The translations under genes were made by a program, and so were the position numbers. A model generated the notes under the pieces. The model did no database searches. It was not told where the DNA came from and saw only the letters and a list, made by a program, of their open reading frames with translations. This document shows, piece after piece, positions 8,557-18,402 of a DNA stretch of 43,354 nucleotides. Position 1 is the first letter of the stretch. Every line of letters starts with the position of its first letter. The stretch is taken from the IMG/VR virus record IMGVR_UViG_3300021411_000013, positions 1 through 43,354 of that record, one strand, 5' to 3'. This DNA comes from a virus. Its lineage: Duplodnaviria > Caudoviricetes.

Positions 8557-9202
8557 GCTCGGTAGCATCAAAACCGTCACGTTCCATTTTCCGGCTGGCT
8601 CAACGGTCAACGTCGCGGTGACGGATCCGAACAACGTCGCGGCTCCGTCTGTGCCGGTCACGGAGACCACGCCGGGCGAGTTCCCGTTCACGTTGACCTT
8701 GGACATTGAGGGCACTTGGAGGCTCGTTGGCTCTGACAGCATCGACGTTGAAACAGCGTTCGTCCATGCCTCGGTACCGGAAACGCCGCTGGCGACGGTC
8801 GAAGATTTTCAGACCCAAACGGACACGGAGCTCAACAGCGAGGACGCCGCGCGTGTAGCGGCCCTGCTGCAGGCGATCTCTTCGGACGTCCGCGACTACA
8901 CCGGCAAGCCGTACCCGGATTCCGCCGTGGCTCCGTGGCTTCGTGCCGCTGTGGTGGAGGCGGCCGTGGAGCTCGGTGCTCTCGGGGGTTCTGTCGATCC
9001 TCGAATCGCTGCGTACTCCGTTGGCGAGACCGCGACCACGTACCGTTCGGGGAACAACTTCGGATTCCTGACTCCGTCGCTCCGGTCTCGCCTGCCTCGT
9101 CGTGTGCATTCGATTCAGACTCTCGAAGACTACGGCGACGCACCGACCGGCGACACGTGGTATCCGTTGTGGAGCCCTTCGAACGCCTGGCCGTATCTGT
9201 GA
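8549..9202 (+). CDS. Head-to-tail adaptor with an extra N-terminal Ig-like domain
   Basis: AAGGAG RBS; PLATVEDF...ARVAALLQAISSDVRDYTG adaptor motif after a ~75-aa beta-rich domain (VTDP...GEF...EGTWR). Confidence 0.75.
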   Translation: MAELGSIKTVTFHFPAGSTVNVAVTDPNNVAAPSVPVTETTPGEFPFTLTLDIEGTWRLVGSDSIDVETAFVHASVPETPLATVEDFQTQTDTELNSEDAARVAALLQAISSDVRDYTGKPYPDSAVAPWLRAAVVEAAVELGALGGSVDPRIAAYSVGETATTYRSGNNFGFLTPSLRSRLPRRVHSIQTLEDYGDAPTGDTWYPLWSPSNAWPYL

Positions 9203-9543
9203 TGATGCCTCACTGGCTGCGGGGCCTGCTGACGGAGACCGCCACCGTCTACCCGGCGATTACCACAACGGATTCTATGGGCAACGTCGTGACCGCGCTT
9301 GGCACGCCTGTCGAAGAGCCCTGCATCATCCAACCGATCAGCTCTTTCGATCGCGTGGATGAGCCGCTCACGTTGACCACGCACAAAATGATCGCGTTGC
9401 CAACGACGATCGCGAACACGAACGGCCGCGTGGTGTGGAATGGCCTGCGGTTCGATGTCTACTCGGATCCTCTGATGCATCGTCACCCGCTTTTCAAAGT
9501 CCATCACGCCACGGTCTACCTGCAGATCTCGGGAGGCGGATAA
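9202..9543 (+). CDS. Head-to-tail stopper
   Basis: TVYP...TDSMGN...C.IQP...RVVWNG.RFDV...P...HH.TV.L pattern; synteny. Confidence 0.8.
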   Translation: MMPHWLRGLLTETATVYPAITTTDSMGNVVTALGTPVEEPCIIQPISSFDRVDEPLTLTTHKMIALPTTIANTNGRVVWNGLRFDVYSDPLMHRHPLFKVHHATVYLQISGGG

Positions 9544-9842
9544 TGGCGATCGTCTACACGGATCGACACACGTACCATGCACTCGCCGCGCTCGTGAACG
9601 ACGACGTCCATCGAGTTGCCGAGCGAATCGCAGCGGCCGCGCGCGTACGCGCTTCGGGACACACCCGCACGGGGCAGTTCGCCGGCTCGTTCTCGGTGGA
9701 GCGGGAAAACTCGCTCGACTGGGCTGTCGTGAACAGCGACCCGAACGCGGCTTCCATCGAGTTCGGCCACCACACTCCAAACGGCACGTTCGTGGAGGGC
9801 ATGCACGCTCTTGGCGGCGCGCTCCGAGATGCGGCGATTTGA
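9543..9842 (+). CDS. Neck / tail completion protein (HK97 gp10-like)
   Basis: TGQFAGS...DPNAASIEFGH...VEGMHAL motif. Confidence 0.75.
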   Translation: MAIVYTDRHTYHALAALVNDDVHRVAERIAAAARVRASGHTRTGQFAGSFSVERENSLDWAVVNSDPNAASIEFGHHTPNGTFVEGMHALGGALRDAAI

Positions 9843-10237
9843 TGCGCACAAAGAGTCTCCTCGACTATCTCCGCGCGCAGCTGCCCGACGTCGACGTGTT
9901 CACGCAGATGCCCACAGCGGCCTGGACGAAACCGCGAATGCTCGTGAGGCGGCTCCCGGGAACCAATACGCGGTCGTCCCTTTCTACTCCCGGTCTCCGC
10001 GTTGTGCGGCAGGGTTTTCTGCTGTCTCTGTGGTCTCTGGACGAGGGTACCGGGGAGGACACCATGGCCGCGCTTGAGCTCGGCTTGTGGAACCTCCCGG
10101 GTGCCAGTTTTACCGGCTTCGGCGTCTCCGACGTTGAAACGGACGGTGCTCAGTACGCGCCGGATGCAGATACTCCCGAGGGCTTCCGCCATCGGCACCT
10201 GCTGAATGTCATCATCACCGGGAGGTCAACCGCATGA
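9842..10237 (+). CDS. Tail terminator protein
   Basis: P.MLVRRLPG motif; position before the major tail gene. Confidence 0.7.
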   Translation: MRTKSLLDYLRAQLPDVDVFTQMPTAAWTKPRMLVRRLPGTNTRSSLSTPGLRVVRQGFLLSLWSLDEGTGEDTMAALELGLWNLPGASFTGFGVSDVETDGAQYAPDADTPEGFRHRHLLNVIITGRSTA

Positions 10238-10728
10238 CGGCCAGCTACGGCCAACGGAAGGCCGAAGACCGTCGCGAGAATTCGATCAGGTGCTTCTCCT
10301 GCCGGGAGTGGAAGACCGACGCCGAATACCAGCTAGTGGGCAAGTATCGAAGGCAGGACTGTAAACCATGCTGGAATACCGCGAAGAGGTCGCGGTACAC
10401 GCCCAATCAGCATCGTAAGCACAGTTTGAAATACAAATTCGGCATCACGGAAGACGACTACACCGAACGACTGCGGGCGCAGAGCGGCGAGTGTGCGATA
10501 TGCGGGGCCACGGACCCCGGGAGCGGCCACGAGTTCTTCTCCGTGGACCACGATCACGTCTGCTGCCCGGGCCGGCGTAGTTGTGGTGCGTGTATTCGAG
10601 GCCTTCTGTGTACCTCGTGCAACACCGGCATCGGCCTTCTCGGGGACGCCCCAATAAGGCTGCGGGATGCCGCAGATTACCTTGATCTAGCGGCTTTGAC
10701 CGCCCCTCGAAAGGAAGGCATCAAATGA
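10234..10728 (+). CDS. Endonuclease VII-family (HNH) free-standing endonuclease
   Basis: LKYKFGIT...Y.....Q.G.CAICG...VDHDH.CC....CG.CIRGLLC..CN.G.G motif. Confidence 0.92.
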   Translation: MTASYGQRKAEDRRENSIRCFSCREWKTDAEYQLVGKYRRQDCKPCWNTAKRSRYTPNQHRKHSLKYKFGITEDDYTERLRAQSGECAICGATDPGSGHEFFSVDHDHVCCPGRRSCGACIRGLLCTSCNTGIGLLGDAPIRLRDAADYLDLAALTAPRKEGIK

Positions 10729-11315
10729 GTTTCACCGCAGGCGACGTGGTTTTGGCTGAACGAGGTTTCATTTATTTTGCAGTGGGCACCTCGTCCAGCG
10801 TTCCCGCTATCAAACCGACCATCCCCACCGACCCGTCCACAAACCCGACCGTCCCGACCGGTTGGGTGGGCGTCGGCTCCGTTTCCGCTGACACCCCGGT
10901 CACGATCGGACGTACCCAGGACGACCCGACCGCGCTCCCCACGTGGGCTGCGCCTTCCGGCATCCGGGTCACTTCCCCGGCCGTGAAGTGGAACCTGCAG
11001 TTCGCTGTGCTGGACCAGAGCCAGCTGGCTCTGGACCTGTATTTCGGTGCAGGGGGCACGTCCGGCACCGGGTCGTACGCGGTGTCTCGCACCTCGTCCG
11101 GCACCGCGAACTACGGCGCCCTGTACGTCCACTTCCTGGACGGCGCGCACGCGGGTGGCAAGCTTGGCCTGTACATCCCGAAGGTCTCCGTCATCGGTTC
11201 TGATGATCTGGCTTACGCCACGGACGCGTTGAACGTCAAGCCTGTCACGGCGACCCTGCTGGACGCTGGCGGCTCCAACAACCTGCTCGAATGGGTTGAC
11301 ACCGCGATCGTCTAG
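10725..11315 (+). CDS. Major tail protein
   Basis: G.IYFA, GW.GVG.VS motifs; precedes the chaperone and tape measure genes. Confidence 0.85.
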   Translation: MSFTAGDVVLAERGFIYFAVGTSSSVPAIKPTIPTDPSTNPTVPTGWVGVGSVSADTPVTIGRTQDDPTALPTWAAPSGIRVTSPAVKWNLQFAVLDQSQLALDLYFGAGGTSGTGSYAVSRTSSGTANYGALYVHFLDGAHAGGKLGLYIPKVSVIGSDDLAYATDALNVKPVTATLLDAGGSNNLLEWVDTAIV

Positions 11316-11324
11316 CCCGAATGC

Positions 11325-11367
11325 GGTGGACGGCAGTTGTCTGGTGGGTCAGCTGCCGTCCACCTTT
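11325..11367 (+). terminator. Hairpin after major tail gene (GGTGGACGGCAGTTG...CAGCTGCCGTCCACC TTT)
   Basis: 15-bp stem with one G-U pair, followed by a short T run. Confidence 0.65.
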
Positions 11368-11398
11368 ACCACCCACCGAATCCACCGCAGGAGAAAAC

Positions 11399-11722
11399 AT
11401 GCCCAACTCTGCCCAGTTCACCGAAGCCCAGTCCGGTTCGCAGACCGCGCCCTACGTCCACAAGATCGGCCGCAAGTCGTACACGTTCCGCCCGCTGAAC
11501 AAGGCCGGCTACGCCGCCTTCCGCGCGATGGGGACCCTTGAAGCGACCGCCGCCGACCCGGAGGCCGCAGGCTCTTCGTCCGTAGTCGCCCTCTTCGAGC
11601 TCATGATCGCCCTGGTTGCTCCGGCGCAACGTCCAGCATTCGAGGGTGAGGACGTTGGCCTCGATGTGCTGACGGAGATCTTCGAAGGTTGGCAGGCGCA
11701 GCAAGGCCCAAAAGCGGAGTAG
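11399..11722 (+). CDS. Tail assembly chaperone (short form, gpG-like)
   Basis: AGGAG RBS; between the major tail and tape measure genes. Confidence 0.85.
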   Translation: MPNSAQFTEAQSGSQTAPYVHKIGRKSYTFRPLNKAGYAAFRAMGTLEATAADPEAAGSSSVVALFELMIALVAPAQRPAFEGEDVGLDVLTEIFEGWQAQQGPKAE

Positions 11723-12111
11723 TTCACTGGCTCCTGCTGCACTTCTCGGAGCAGCTCGAATATGACTGCCTCGCCCTCGGTGTCGATGTCCTTGACTGGC
11801 ATCGTGGTGAGCTGTCTACGCGTCGCTTGGGCGTGCTGTTCGAGAATCTCCCGGCGTCCAGCGCGACCAAGTCCGCGATCGTGGCGGAGCACAACAACGC
11901 CGCCCCGGACGCGATGCGCGAGTGGGGCGTCTCGGAGCGCCTGCTGGCCACGGTCATCGACGCGATCCAGATCAACACTCACGCCCTTTTGCAGGTGAAC
12001 AGCAAGAAGAAGCTGAAGCCGCCTCCACCGATGGAAACTCCCGGTTCCGCTGCCCGTCCGAAGCCACGACAAGTCTCGTTGGCTGAATTCAGATCAATCA
12101 CGGAAGGGTAG
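11707..12111 (+). CDS. Tail assembly chaperone -1 frameshift extension (gpGT-like); slippery site C CCA AAA at 11707-11713
   Basis: X XXY YYZ heptamer two sense codons before the stop; the -1 frame continues PKSGVVHW...LEYD...GELSTRRL.VL...LP..SA, typical of these extensions. Confidence 0.88.
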   Translation, partial: PKSGVVHWLLLHFSEQLEYDCLALGVDVLDWHRGELSTRRLGVLFENLPASSATKSAIVAEHNNAAPDAMREWGVSERLLATVIDAIQINTHALLQVNSKKKLKPPPPMETPGSAARPKPRQVSLAEFRSITEG

Positions 12112-12114
12112 CTC

Positions 12115-15021
12115 ATGGTTGCAGGTGTGTCCGCCGGTCAGGCAAAGGTCACGGTTGTCCCAGATCTTGCCCGCTTCGCCTCCAAGCTCCGCCACGATCT
12201 TCGGGACATCGAGAAGACCGTCAAGGCCACGATCACGGCAAACCTGAAACTGGATACGGCCGAAGCGCGCACCGAGCTCGATCGGTTCGCGGCTTCGGCC
12301 GTCCAGCTTCGCGCGACGATCGACACGAGCTCGCTGATCGCCAGTGTTCGCCGTGGCATCCGGGACGCCCAGCGATACGCGCGCACGAACCCTGTCAAGC
12401 TGGCCACGACTCTTGAAATCGACCGTGCCGCTATCCGGGCACAGATCAACTCGATCACGGGCGGCAACGTCACGATCCGATTCGACCTCGACATCGCATC
12501 CGCTCGTGCTCGTGCCGAGATCTTCCACCGCTACCTCGTCGCCTTGTTCAACAACATCCCCATCGGCTTCGACATCCGGAACTCCGGCATCGCTGGCCTG
12601 ATCGCTCAGCTTGGCCTGCTCAACAACGCGGCCAACGGCGGCGGCAGCGGTGGCAGTCGCAGGAGTCGGGGTCTGCTGGGTACGATCACCGGCATGATCA
12701 GCGGCATCGCCCGTCTCGGCGGAACGATCATCCCGGCGTTCACGAACATCCTCGGCGGTATGGGCAACACGTTTGCCCAGCTTGGCTCGTGGCTTGGTGG
12801 TCTGTCCACTTCGCTCCAGGGTCTCGGCGGCCTCCTCGGCATGCTCGGCACCCGTATGGCAGGTATGGCGCAGGTCTTCAGTGAGTCGGTAGGCCCGATC
12901 GCTGGCCCTGTCCTGCAGATCGTGTCCATGACTGCCGCTGTCGGCGTCGCGGGCATCGCGCTCTCCGTGATCACCGCTCTCGTCGTGCAGCTCGCCGGAG
13001 CTCTCCTCGTGGCCGCTGGCTCCATCACCGCGCTGTCCGCTGGCGCTGTGGGCCTAGCTGCGATCCTCGGTGGCGTCATCATCGGTGTGCAGGGTGTTGG
13101 CACCGCTATCAGCGCGCTGGCGTCCGGGGACACGAAAGCTCTCAAGGCCGCGATGAAAGACCTCACCCCGAGCGCTCAGGCGTTCGTGGCGGAGATCAGC
13201 AAGCTGCTCCCCGCGTTCAGGGAGATCAAGCGCCAAACCCAGGAGTCCCTGTTTCGGGGGATGAGCGTCGATTTGCAGAACGCCGCGCGTGTGTCGCTCC
13301 CGGCGTTCACGTTGGCTCTGCAGCAGGGCGCCCGCACCGCGAACATCTTCGCGCGCGAGCTTCTCAAGGCGTTCGCGATGCCTCGTGTTGCGGGCGACCT
13401 GTCCACCACGATCCTGAACCTCGGTCCAGGCTTCGATCACCTCATGGCTTCGATCAAGCCGTTGACGGTGGGCTTCCTGGATCTGGCTAAGGCAGCGTCC
13501 GGCCCGCTCGGGGGTTTCTTGGACGACATGGGCAAGAATTTCTCGGACTTCGGCAACACCTTGCAGAACATCGCGAAGGATCCGGCGTTCGAGGGGTTCC
13601 TGACCAAGGCCCTGCAGTCCTTCTCTCAGCTGGGCTCGATCATCGGTAGCGTCGTTCGAATCCTGAGCGGCCTATCCACGGCAGCGGCGGCTGGCGGCGT
13701 CTCCTTTGCTGGCTTCGCGGACATGTTCACCCGCCTCGCGGACTACGTGAGCAGCCCGGCTGGCCAGCTGGCGTTGGCTAACTTCTTCGCCACCGCGCAG
13801 GACGCCGTGAACAAACTCATGCCGTTCTTGGAGTCCGTGGGTAGCGCCATCGGAACTATCGTGGACATCGCGGTCACGTTGGCTCCGGCGTTCGCGGACT
13901 TCCTCAGCTCCACGCTGGCCCCACTGCTGAACAACTTCAGCAAGTTTTGGACGATCATCAAGCCGTTCGCCCCGCTCATCGGCGGCATTCTGCTGGGTGC
14001 GATCATCGCCCTCGGCGTCGCTGTGCTGTTCATCCTGTCTCCGTTCATCGCCCTCGGTATCGCGATCGCGGCAATCGGTGCGATCATCGCCCTCGTGGTG
14101 ATGGCCATCGTCTCAGGTGTCACGTTCCTCGTGAACGCGTTCATCTCGGCCCTCCCCGCTATCGGCGGCTTCTTCGCTGGCGTCGGCAACTTCTTCGCCG
14201 GCTTGGGCGTCGCGATCGGTGGGTTCTTCGCGGGCATCGGTGTGGCGATCGCAGGGTGGTTCATGGGCATCGTCGCCTCTGTGACCACGTTCGTTGGCGG
14301 TATCCAGACGGCCATCCGTAACTGGCTGACGTCGATGGGTGCGGCTGTCGCGGCGGGCTGGAATTTCGTTGTCATGAAGATCAGCGCGGCTATCGGGTCC
14401 ATCATCGGATTCGTGTCGGGGCTCGTTTCCCGTGTCGTCGCATTCTTCACGTCGCTCGGCAACGGCATCAGAACGGCCGTGAGCAACGGAATCAACGCCG
14501 TCGTGGGGTTCTTCCAGGCTCTGCCCGGCAGGGTCATAAGCATCCTCAACAGCCTTATCAGCCGTGCGACCAACGCGGGCGCTGCGATCGTGCAGGGCAT
14601 CGCTAACGGCATCTCCGGCGCCATCGGGGCTGTCACCGGCTCTATCCAGAACGTCATGAATGCGATTGCCAACTTCCTGCCGCACTCTCCGGCCAAGACC
14701 GGTCCGCTGTCAGGCAAGGGGTGGTCGCTGTTCTCGGGCCAAGCGATCGGTGACGCGCTGGCTGAGGGCCTCGCGTCCCGCCAGGGTGCGGTGGAGTCTG
14801 CCATGGCTGCTCTGCTGGCTCCGGCGTCGCTGGCCTCCGCTGGTGGGGACTTCGTCGGCTCCGCTCTGCTGAATCACGAGCTCACGCTCGCCAACCAGCA
14901 GCTCACCCTGCAGGTGGGCGGCACTGAGATGGACGCGTACATCGTAGACAAGCAGTCCGCGCACGACACAAGCCTTGCGAATAGCCTGCTGTTCTCGGGC
15001 GCTCGCCCCGCCTTCACATAG
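12115..15021 (+). CDS. Tape measure protein (968 aa)
   Basis: Long Ala/Gly/Leu-rich helical protein with hydrophobic segment, F/W-spaced repeats and LPHSPAKTGPLSG motif. Confidence 0.93.
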   Translation: MVAGVSAGQAKVTVVPDLARFASKLRHDLRDIEKTVKATITANLKLDTAEARTELDRFAASAVQLRATIDTSSLIASVRRGIRDAQRYARTNPVKLATTLEIDRAAIRAQINSITGGNVTIRFDLDIASARARAEIFHRYLVALFNNIPIGFDIRNSGIAGLIAQLGLLNNAANGGGSGGSRRSRGLLGTITGMISGIARLGGTIIPAFTNILGGMGNTFAQLGSWLGGLSTSLQGLGGLLGMLGTRMAGMAQVFSESVGPIAGPVLQIVSMTAAVGVAGIALSVITALVVQLAGALLVAAGSITALSAGAVGLAAILGGVIIGVQGVGTAISALASGDTKALKAAMKDLTPSAQAFVAEISKLLPAFREIKRQTQESLFRGMSVDLQNAARVSLPAFTLALQQGARTANIFARELLKAFAMPRVAGDLSTTILNLGPGFDHLMASIKPLTVGFLDLAKAASGPLGGFLDDMGKNFSDFGNTLQNIAKDPAFEGFLTKALQSFSQLGSIIGSVVRILSGLSTAAAAGGVSFAGFADMFTRLADYVSSPAGQLALANFFATAQDAVNKLMPFLESVGSAIGTIVDIAVTLAPAFADFLSSTLAPLLNNFSKFWTIIKPFAPLIGGILLGAIIALGVAVLFILSPFIALGIAIAAIGAIIALVVMAIVSGVTFLVNAFISALPAIGGFFAGVGNFFAGLGVAIGGFFAGIGVAIAGWFMGIVASVTTFVGGIQTAIRNWLTSMGAAVAAGWNFVVMKISAAIGSIIGFVSGLVSRVVAFFTSLGNGIRTAVSNGINAVVGFFQALPGRVISILNSLISRATNAGAAIVQGIANGISGAIGAVTGSIQNVMNAIANFLPHSPAKTGPLSGKGWSLFSGQAIGDALAEGLASRQGAVESAMAALLAPASLASAGGDFVGSALLNHELTLANQQLTLQVGGTEMDAYIVDKQSAHDTSLANSLLFSGARPAFT

Positions 15022-15033
15022 ATCGGAGCGTCA

Positions 15034-15807
15034 GTGCCTACCCTAACCGCAGTGCTGGACTTGGTCGGTGCGTCCGTTCCTCGCGTGAACCTCACGGTGA
15101 ACGCGACGGACGTGCCGACCGCTGTCTCGGCTACCGTCGTCTGCAACGAATCCCCCGCTCGTCCTGTCCGTGGCGCGGAGCCGATTTCGCTGGCTTCGAG
15201 CATCGCTGTCGCCCGGGACTACGAGACCCAACGCGACACCGCGCTAACGTGGACGGTCACGTTGAACACTGGCCAGACCGCCACGAGCGCGGCTGTCACG
15301 GTACCCAGCGACGGCAAGGTGCTCCTGCTACATCCGGGCACCCCGGCCCTTTCAGCCTTCGTCAACGGGGATCCGCCAGAAGAGCACACGTACGCCATGC
15401 AGTCAGACATCTTCAATCCCCCAGGTCGCGGCGAAGCGGTCTACTGGTCCACCGGCTCAGACGCCGCCACGGGCTCCATGACGCTGTGGACGGACACCTC
15501 GGTAGACCGTGACGCCCTCGTCTCCCTGCTGCGCTCTGGCTACCCGGTAAAGCTGCTCACGGACCCCGCCTGGTTCCCTCCCAAGTACCTAGGCGTCACG
15601 GGCCTCACGGTCACCCGGATTTCCCAGAATGCATGGGACCAACAGCGCCGGATCAACGTCTCGTACACGCTCGTGGCGCGCCCCGTGTCCGCGCTGACGC
15701 TCGACTGGTCGTACGCCAGCCTCAAGTCCCGCTATACGACGTTCAATGACCTGAAGACCGCGTACACCGGCAAGACGTACCTAGACGTTCTCCTCGGCCC
15801 ACCGTAA
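15034..15807 (+). CDS. Minor tail protein (distal tail-like)
   Basis: First gene after TMP; PVRG...DYE...LHPG.PALS pattern. Confidence 0.75.
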   Translation: MPTLTAVLDLVGASVPRVNLTVNATDVPTAVSATVVCNESPARPVRGAEPISLASSIAVARDYETQRDTALTWTVTLNTGQTATSAAVTVPSDGKVLLLHPGTPALSAFVNGDPPEEHTYAMQSDIFNPPGRGEAVYWSTGSDAATGSMTLWTDTSVDRDALVSLLRSGYPVKLLTDPAWFPPKYLGVTGLTVTRISQNAWDQQRRINVSYTLVARPVSALTLDWSYASLKSRYTTFNDLKTAYTGKTYLDVLLGPP

Positions 15808-15823
15808 ACGACAGGAGCCCCGT

Positions 15824-16954
15824 ATGTGGACTATCAGCGATCGCCTGAAAAAGGCTATCCTGTCGTCATCTCGCTTCAAGATCATCGTTAAGCCGAACCG
15901 CGTGTTCGCCACCGACCTCGGCACCGAGGAGTACCAGCTGCTATCTGGTTCGCTCACGGGCAGCTCCGGTAATCAGGTGCCGTGGTCCGGCGACATCGAA
16001 GTCGCCTCGCGCCTTGTCGACGGACGCAACGCCTTCTCCTTCTGCGATCCCCGCGAAGGACGTACGATCAAGATCACGTACCGGTACCTGTTCTCGGACA
16101 ACACGTACGAGGACATCGATTTTCCGCCGATGCTGATCACGGACCTGACCCCGTCACTCGGCAAGCTGCAGCTGAAACTGGCTTCCATGGAGCAGTTCTT
16201 CGCGGATGACCGCTCTCCGCATTTCTCGGACCCGCTCACCGTCTTTGCCAACGTCACCCCCGGGTACGCGATGTGGCACTGCGGCCCTTACCGTTCGTTC
16301 TCTGAATTCACCACCTCGATCCCCGTACCCGCACTGGCAGACACAAGCGGGGTGGCAACGCTAATAAATGTGTCCCCCCGCACCCCGGACTCCAAGAAAC
16401 CCATGGACCAGATCGACGCTATCGGCGACTCCTACGGTCTTGCTTGGTCCGTTGGCCGTGCCGGCACGTTCTCGGTCCGCAAGAAGAAGACTCTCTCCTC
16501 GGCTGTCGATTGGTCGTTCACGTCGGACTCAAGCGCCAACCTTCTCGGCCCTGCGGGCTTCACGATCAGCCGCTCGGACTATTACAACGTGGTGAACGCG
16601 GGCAACCCTGATGAACCGACTGTACAGGGCCGGGTCACTCAAAACTCCGGAAGGTTCCGGATTGACGGCAACTTCGGCGTCCGTGGTCGCTACTACGCGT
16701 CCACGTTCCTTACGACCACGCCGCAAACTTTGTCCGCCGCTGCCTCGATCCTGGCCACCGCAACTCAGGACCGTTGGGCACTGGCCTTCGACTCCATGCC
16801 GGCCCCGTTCCTCGACCCGGGCGACGTCATCAACGTCTACCTCGAAGGCGTCGGCACCGTGAAGCGCCTCGTCGACACCGTAACCCACCCACTGACGGTC
16901 GGAACTCGTTCCCAGTTCACGACCGCCGCTGCCTCGCTTCCGGAGGATGCGTAA
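15824..16954 (+). CDS. Minor tail protein (baseplate hub-like)
   Basis: SRSDYYNVV...FG.RGRYYAS..LTT..Q..AA..IL...P.PFLDPGDVI pattern. Confidence 0.78.
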   Translation: MWTISDRLKKAILSSSRFKIIVKPNRVFATDLGTEEYQLLSGSLTGSSGNQVPWSGDIEVASRLVDGRNAFSFCDPREGRTIKITYRYLFSDNTYEDIDFPPMLITDLTPSLGKLQLKLASMEQFFADDRSPHFSDPLTVFANVTPGYAMWHCGPYRSFSEFTTSIPVPALADTSGVATLINVSPRTPDSKKPMDQIDAIGDSYGLAWSVGRAGTFSVRKKKTLSSAVDWSFTSDSSANLLGPAGFTISRSDYYNVVNAGNPDEPTVQGRVTQNSGRFRIDGNFGVRGRYYASTFLTTTPQTLSAAASILATATQDRWALAFDSMPAPFLDPGDVINVYLEGVGTVKRLVDTVTHPLTVGTRSQFTTAAASLPEDA

Positions 16955-17187
16955 TGGCCAACGACCTCGTAACGGGCCTCGCCACTTGGGCCGCCAACCA
17001 GACCCCGACCACCGAGCTTGTGTGGGCGGAGGTGACCTCCGTGTCCAGTGGCGCCCCGCTCACGTCGGTGGCCTTCGACGGTCGCGGCATCGGCGATTCG
17101 TGGACCCTCAACGGAGCCACGTACGTCGTGGGCGACATCGTCCTCTTCGCCCTCCTGAATACTCCCGTGGCACTAGGAAAGAGATAA
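16954..17187 (+). CDS. Small minor tail protein (OB-fold spike-like)
   Basis: AEVTSVS...V.FDG...YVVGDIV...VALGK; coupled to both neighbours. Confidence 0.65.
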   Translation: MANDLVTGLATWAANQTPTTELVWAEVTSVSSGAPLTSVAFDGRGIGDSWTLNGATYVVGDIVLFALLNTPVALGKR

Positions 17188-17188
17188 G

Positions 17189-17698
17189 ATGCCGACTACC
17201 TCTCGCGGGTATCACTACCCAGCTGCCACGGACACTCCGGTTGACGTTCCCGCCGTGCTGGCTCTGCTGGCTGGCGACATCGACGCCGACGCGACCGCGT
17301 TCACCCCGACCAACTGGGCTTTCGCGACTTTCCAGAACGCGGCAGCTGTCACCCCCGTCGCGACCGGCCTCACCACCGTCACCTCCGCGAGTATCGTGGT
17401 CGGGGCGGGGGTTGGGCTTATGAAGGTCTCCATGCTGGTCAATTACAACACGAACGTGGCGAACGCGGTGGAGGCCATTTGGACCGCAACGTACGGGGCA
17501 ACCCCACTCCTGGGCAGCGGAGCTCGCTGGGCACGCGGCAGCAGCAGCGGCACCACTTCCATTGTCTGGAATGTCGATATGTGGCTCCCGTCGCCCGCCG
17601 CAGGAACCGCCACATTGACAATTCAGTCTCAAACGAGCGCCGGGCCGGCGCAGGTTCCTGCCGGCGGCTGCCGTGTGCTCGTGGAGCTGATGAAGTAA
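17189..17698 (+). CDS. Minor tail protein / putative receptor-binding protein
   Basis: N-terminal T..GYHYP..TD...DVP..L..LA.DID anchor motif. Confidence 0.7.
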   Translation: MPTTSRGYHYPAATDTPVDVPAVLALLAGDIDADATAFTPTNWAFATFQNAAAVTPVATGLTTVTSASIVVGAGVGLMKVSMLVNYNTNVANAVEAIWTATYGATPLLGSGARWARGSSSGTTSIVWNVDMWLPSPAAGTATLTIQSQTSAGPAQVPAGGCRVLVELMK

Positions 17699-18264
17699 TG
17701 CCGCTGACGACGATCAAGAAGCTGCCGTATCCGCCAACCGATGGCAGCACAGCCCCCGACATCGCGGGGGACACTGCCGCGTTGGCCAACGCGATGAACG
17801 TCTGGGCAACGGGTGCCGTGGCTGGGAAGTACGCCAGTTATCGCTACACGCGGAGCTCGCTGAGTATCAACGCATCCGTCGTCACCACGCTCCTTTTCGG
17901 CACGCTGTATGACCTCGACATCAAGCCAAGCACGAAGCTGGCAAAGCTGACCTTCGACTACTCGATCCTGAATCGAAGCACCACCAGCTGCATCAACGAG
18001 GCCACGTGGCGGAAGACGCTCACGGACAACACCGGAGCCGACGTAGCGGCGTTCAACGACAACGGGATCGCTCGCGGCACCGTCACGGGTTTCCCCGCCT
18101 CCTCAGCGGAAGTGTGGTTCCGGCACGTCTCGTGGATCATCAACCCGCCCACCGTGGTCGCGTCCGATGCTGGCTTCGTGGACCTGCTGGTCCAGATCAC
18201 AAGCGGAACCGGAGCCGTCACGACCCTGCAGAACGTCAACGCCAACTTGGAGCTATTCCGTTAG
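17698..18264 (+). CDS. Minor tail protein / putative receptor-binding protein
   Basis: N-terminal TT.KKLPYP..D...PDI.GD..ALA anchor motif, paralogous to the previous gene. Confidence 0.7.
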   Translation: MPLTTIKKLPYPPTDGSTAPDIAGDTAALANAMNVWATGAVAGKYASYRYTRSSLSINASVVTTLLFGTLYDLDIKPSTKLAKLTFDYSILNRSTTSCINEATWRKTLTDNTGADVAAFNDNGIARGTVTGFPASSAEVWFRHVSWIINPPTVVASDAGFVDLLVQITSGTGAVTTLQNVNANLELFR

Positions 18265-18273
18265 GAGTCCCGA

Positions 18274-18402
18274 ATGACTGACCCGGATCGAGAGCGTCTC
18301 GACACCGATTATGACGTCGCGGCGGACGAAGAGGTTCCGCTGGCTGCGTGCCAGGAGCCCTACATGATCAACGCGGACGCCGACGCCGACGAAGGAGAGT
18401 AA
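18274..18402 (+). CDS. Small acidic protein (42 aa)
   Basis: AGGAG RBS, ATG 18274, TAATG overlap with the endolysin. Confidence 0.6.
   Translation: MTDPDRERLDTDYDVAADEEVPLAACQEPYMINADADADEGE

Noticed and set aside
1974-14804. Long minus-strand ORFs (for example 1974-2888, 3592-4614, 5929-6957, 13743-14804)
   Set aside because: They are antisense shadows of high-GC structural genes, with no RBS or recognisable motifs.
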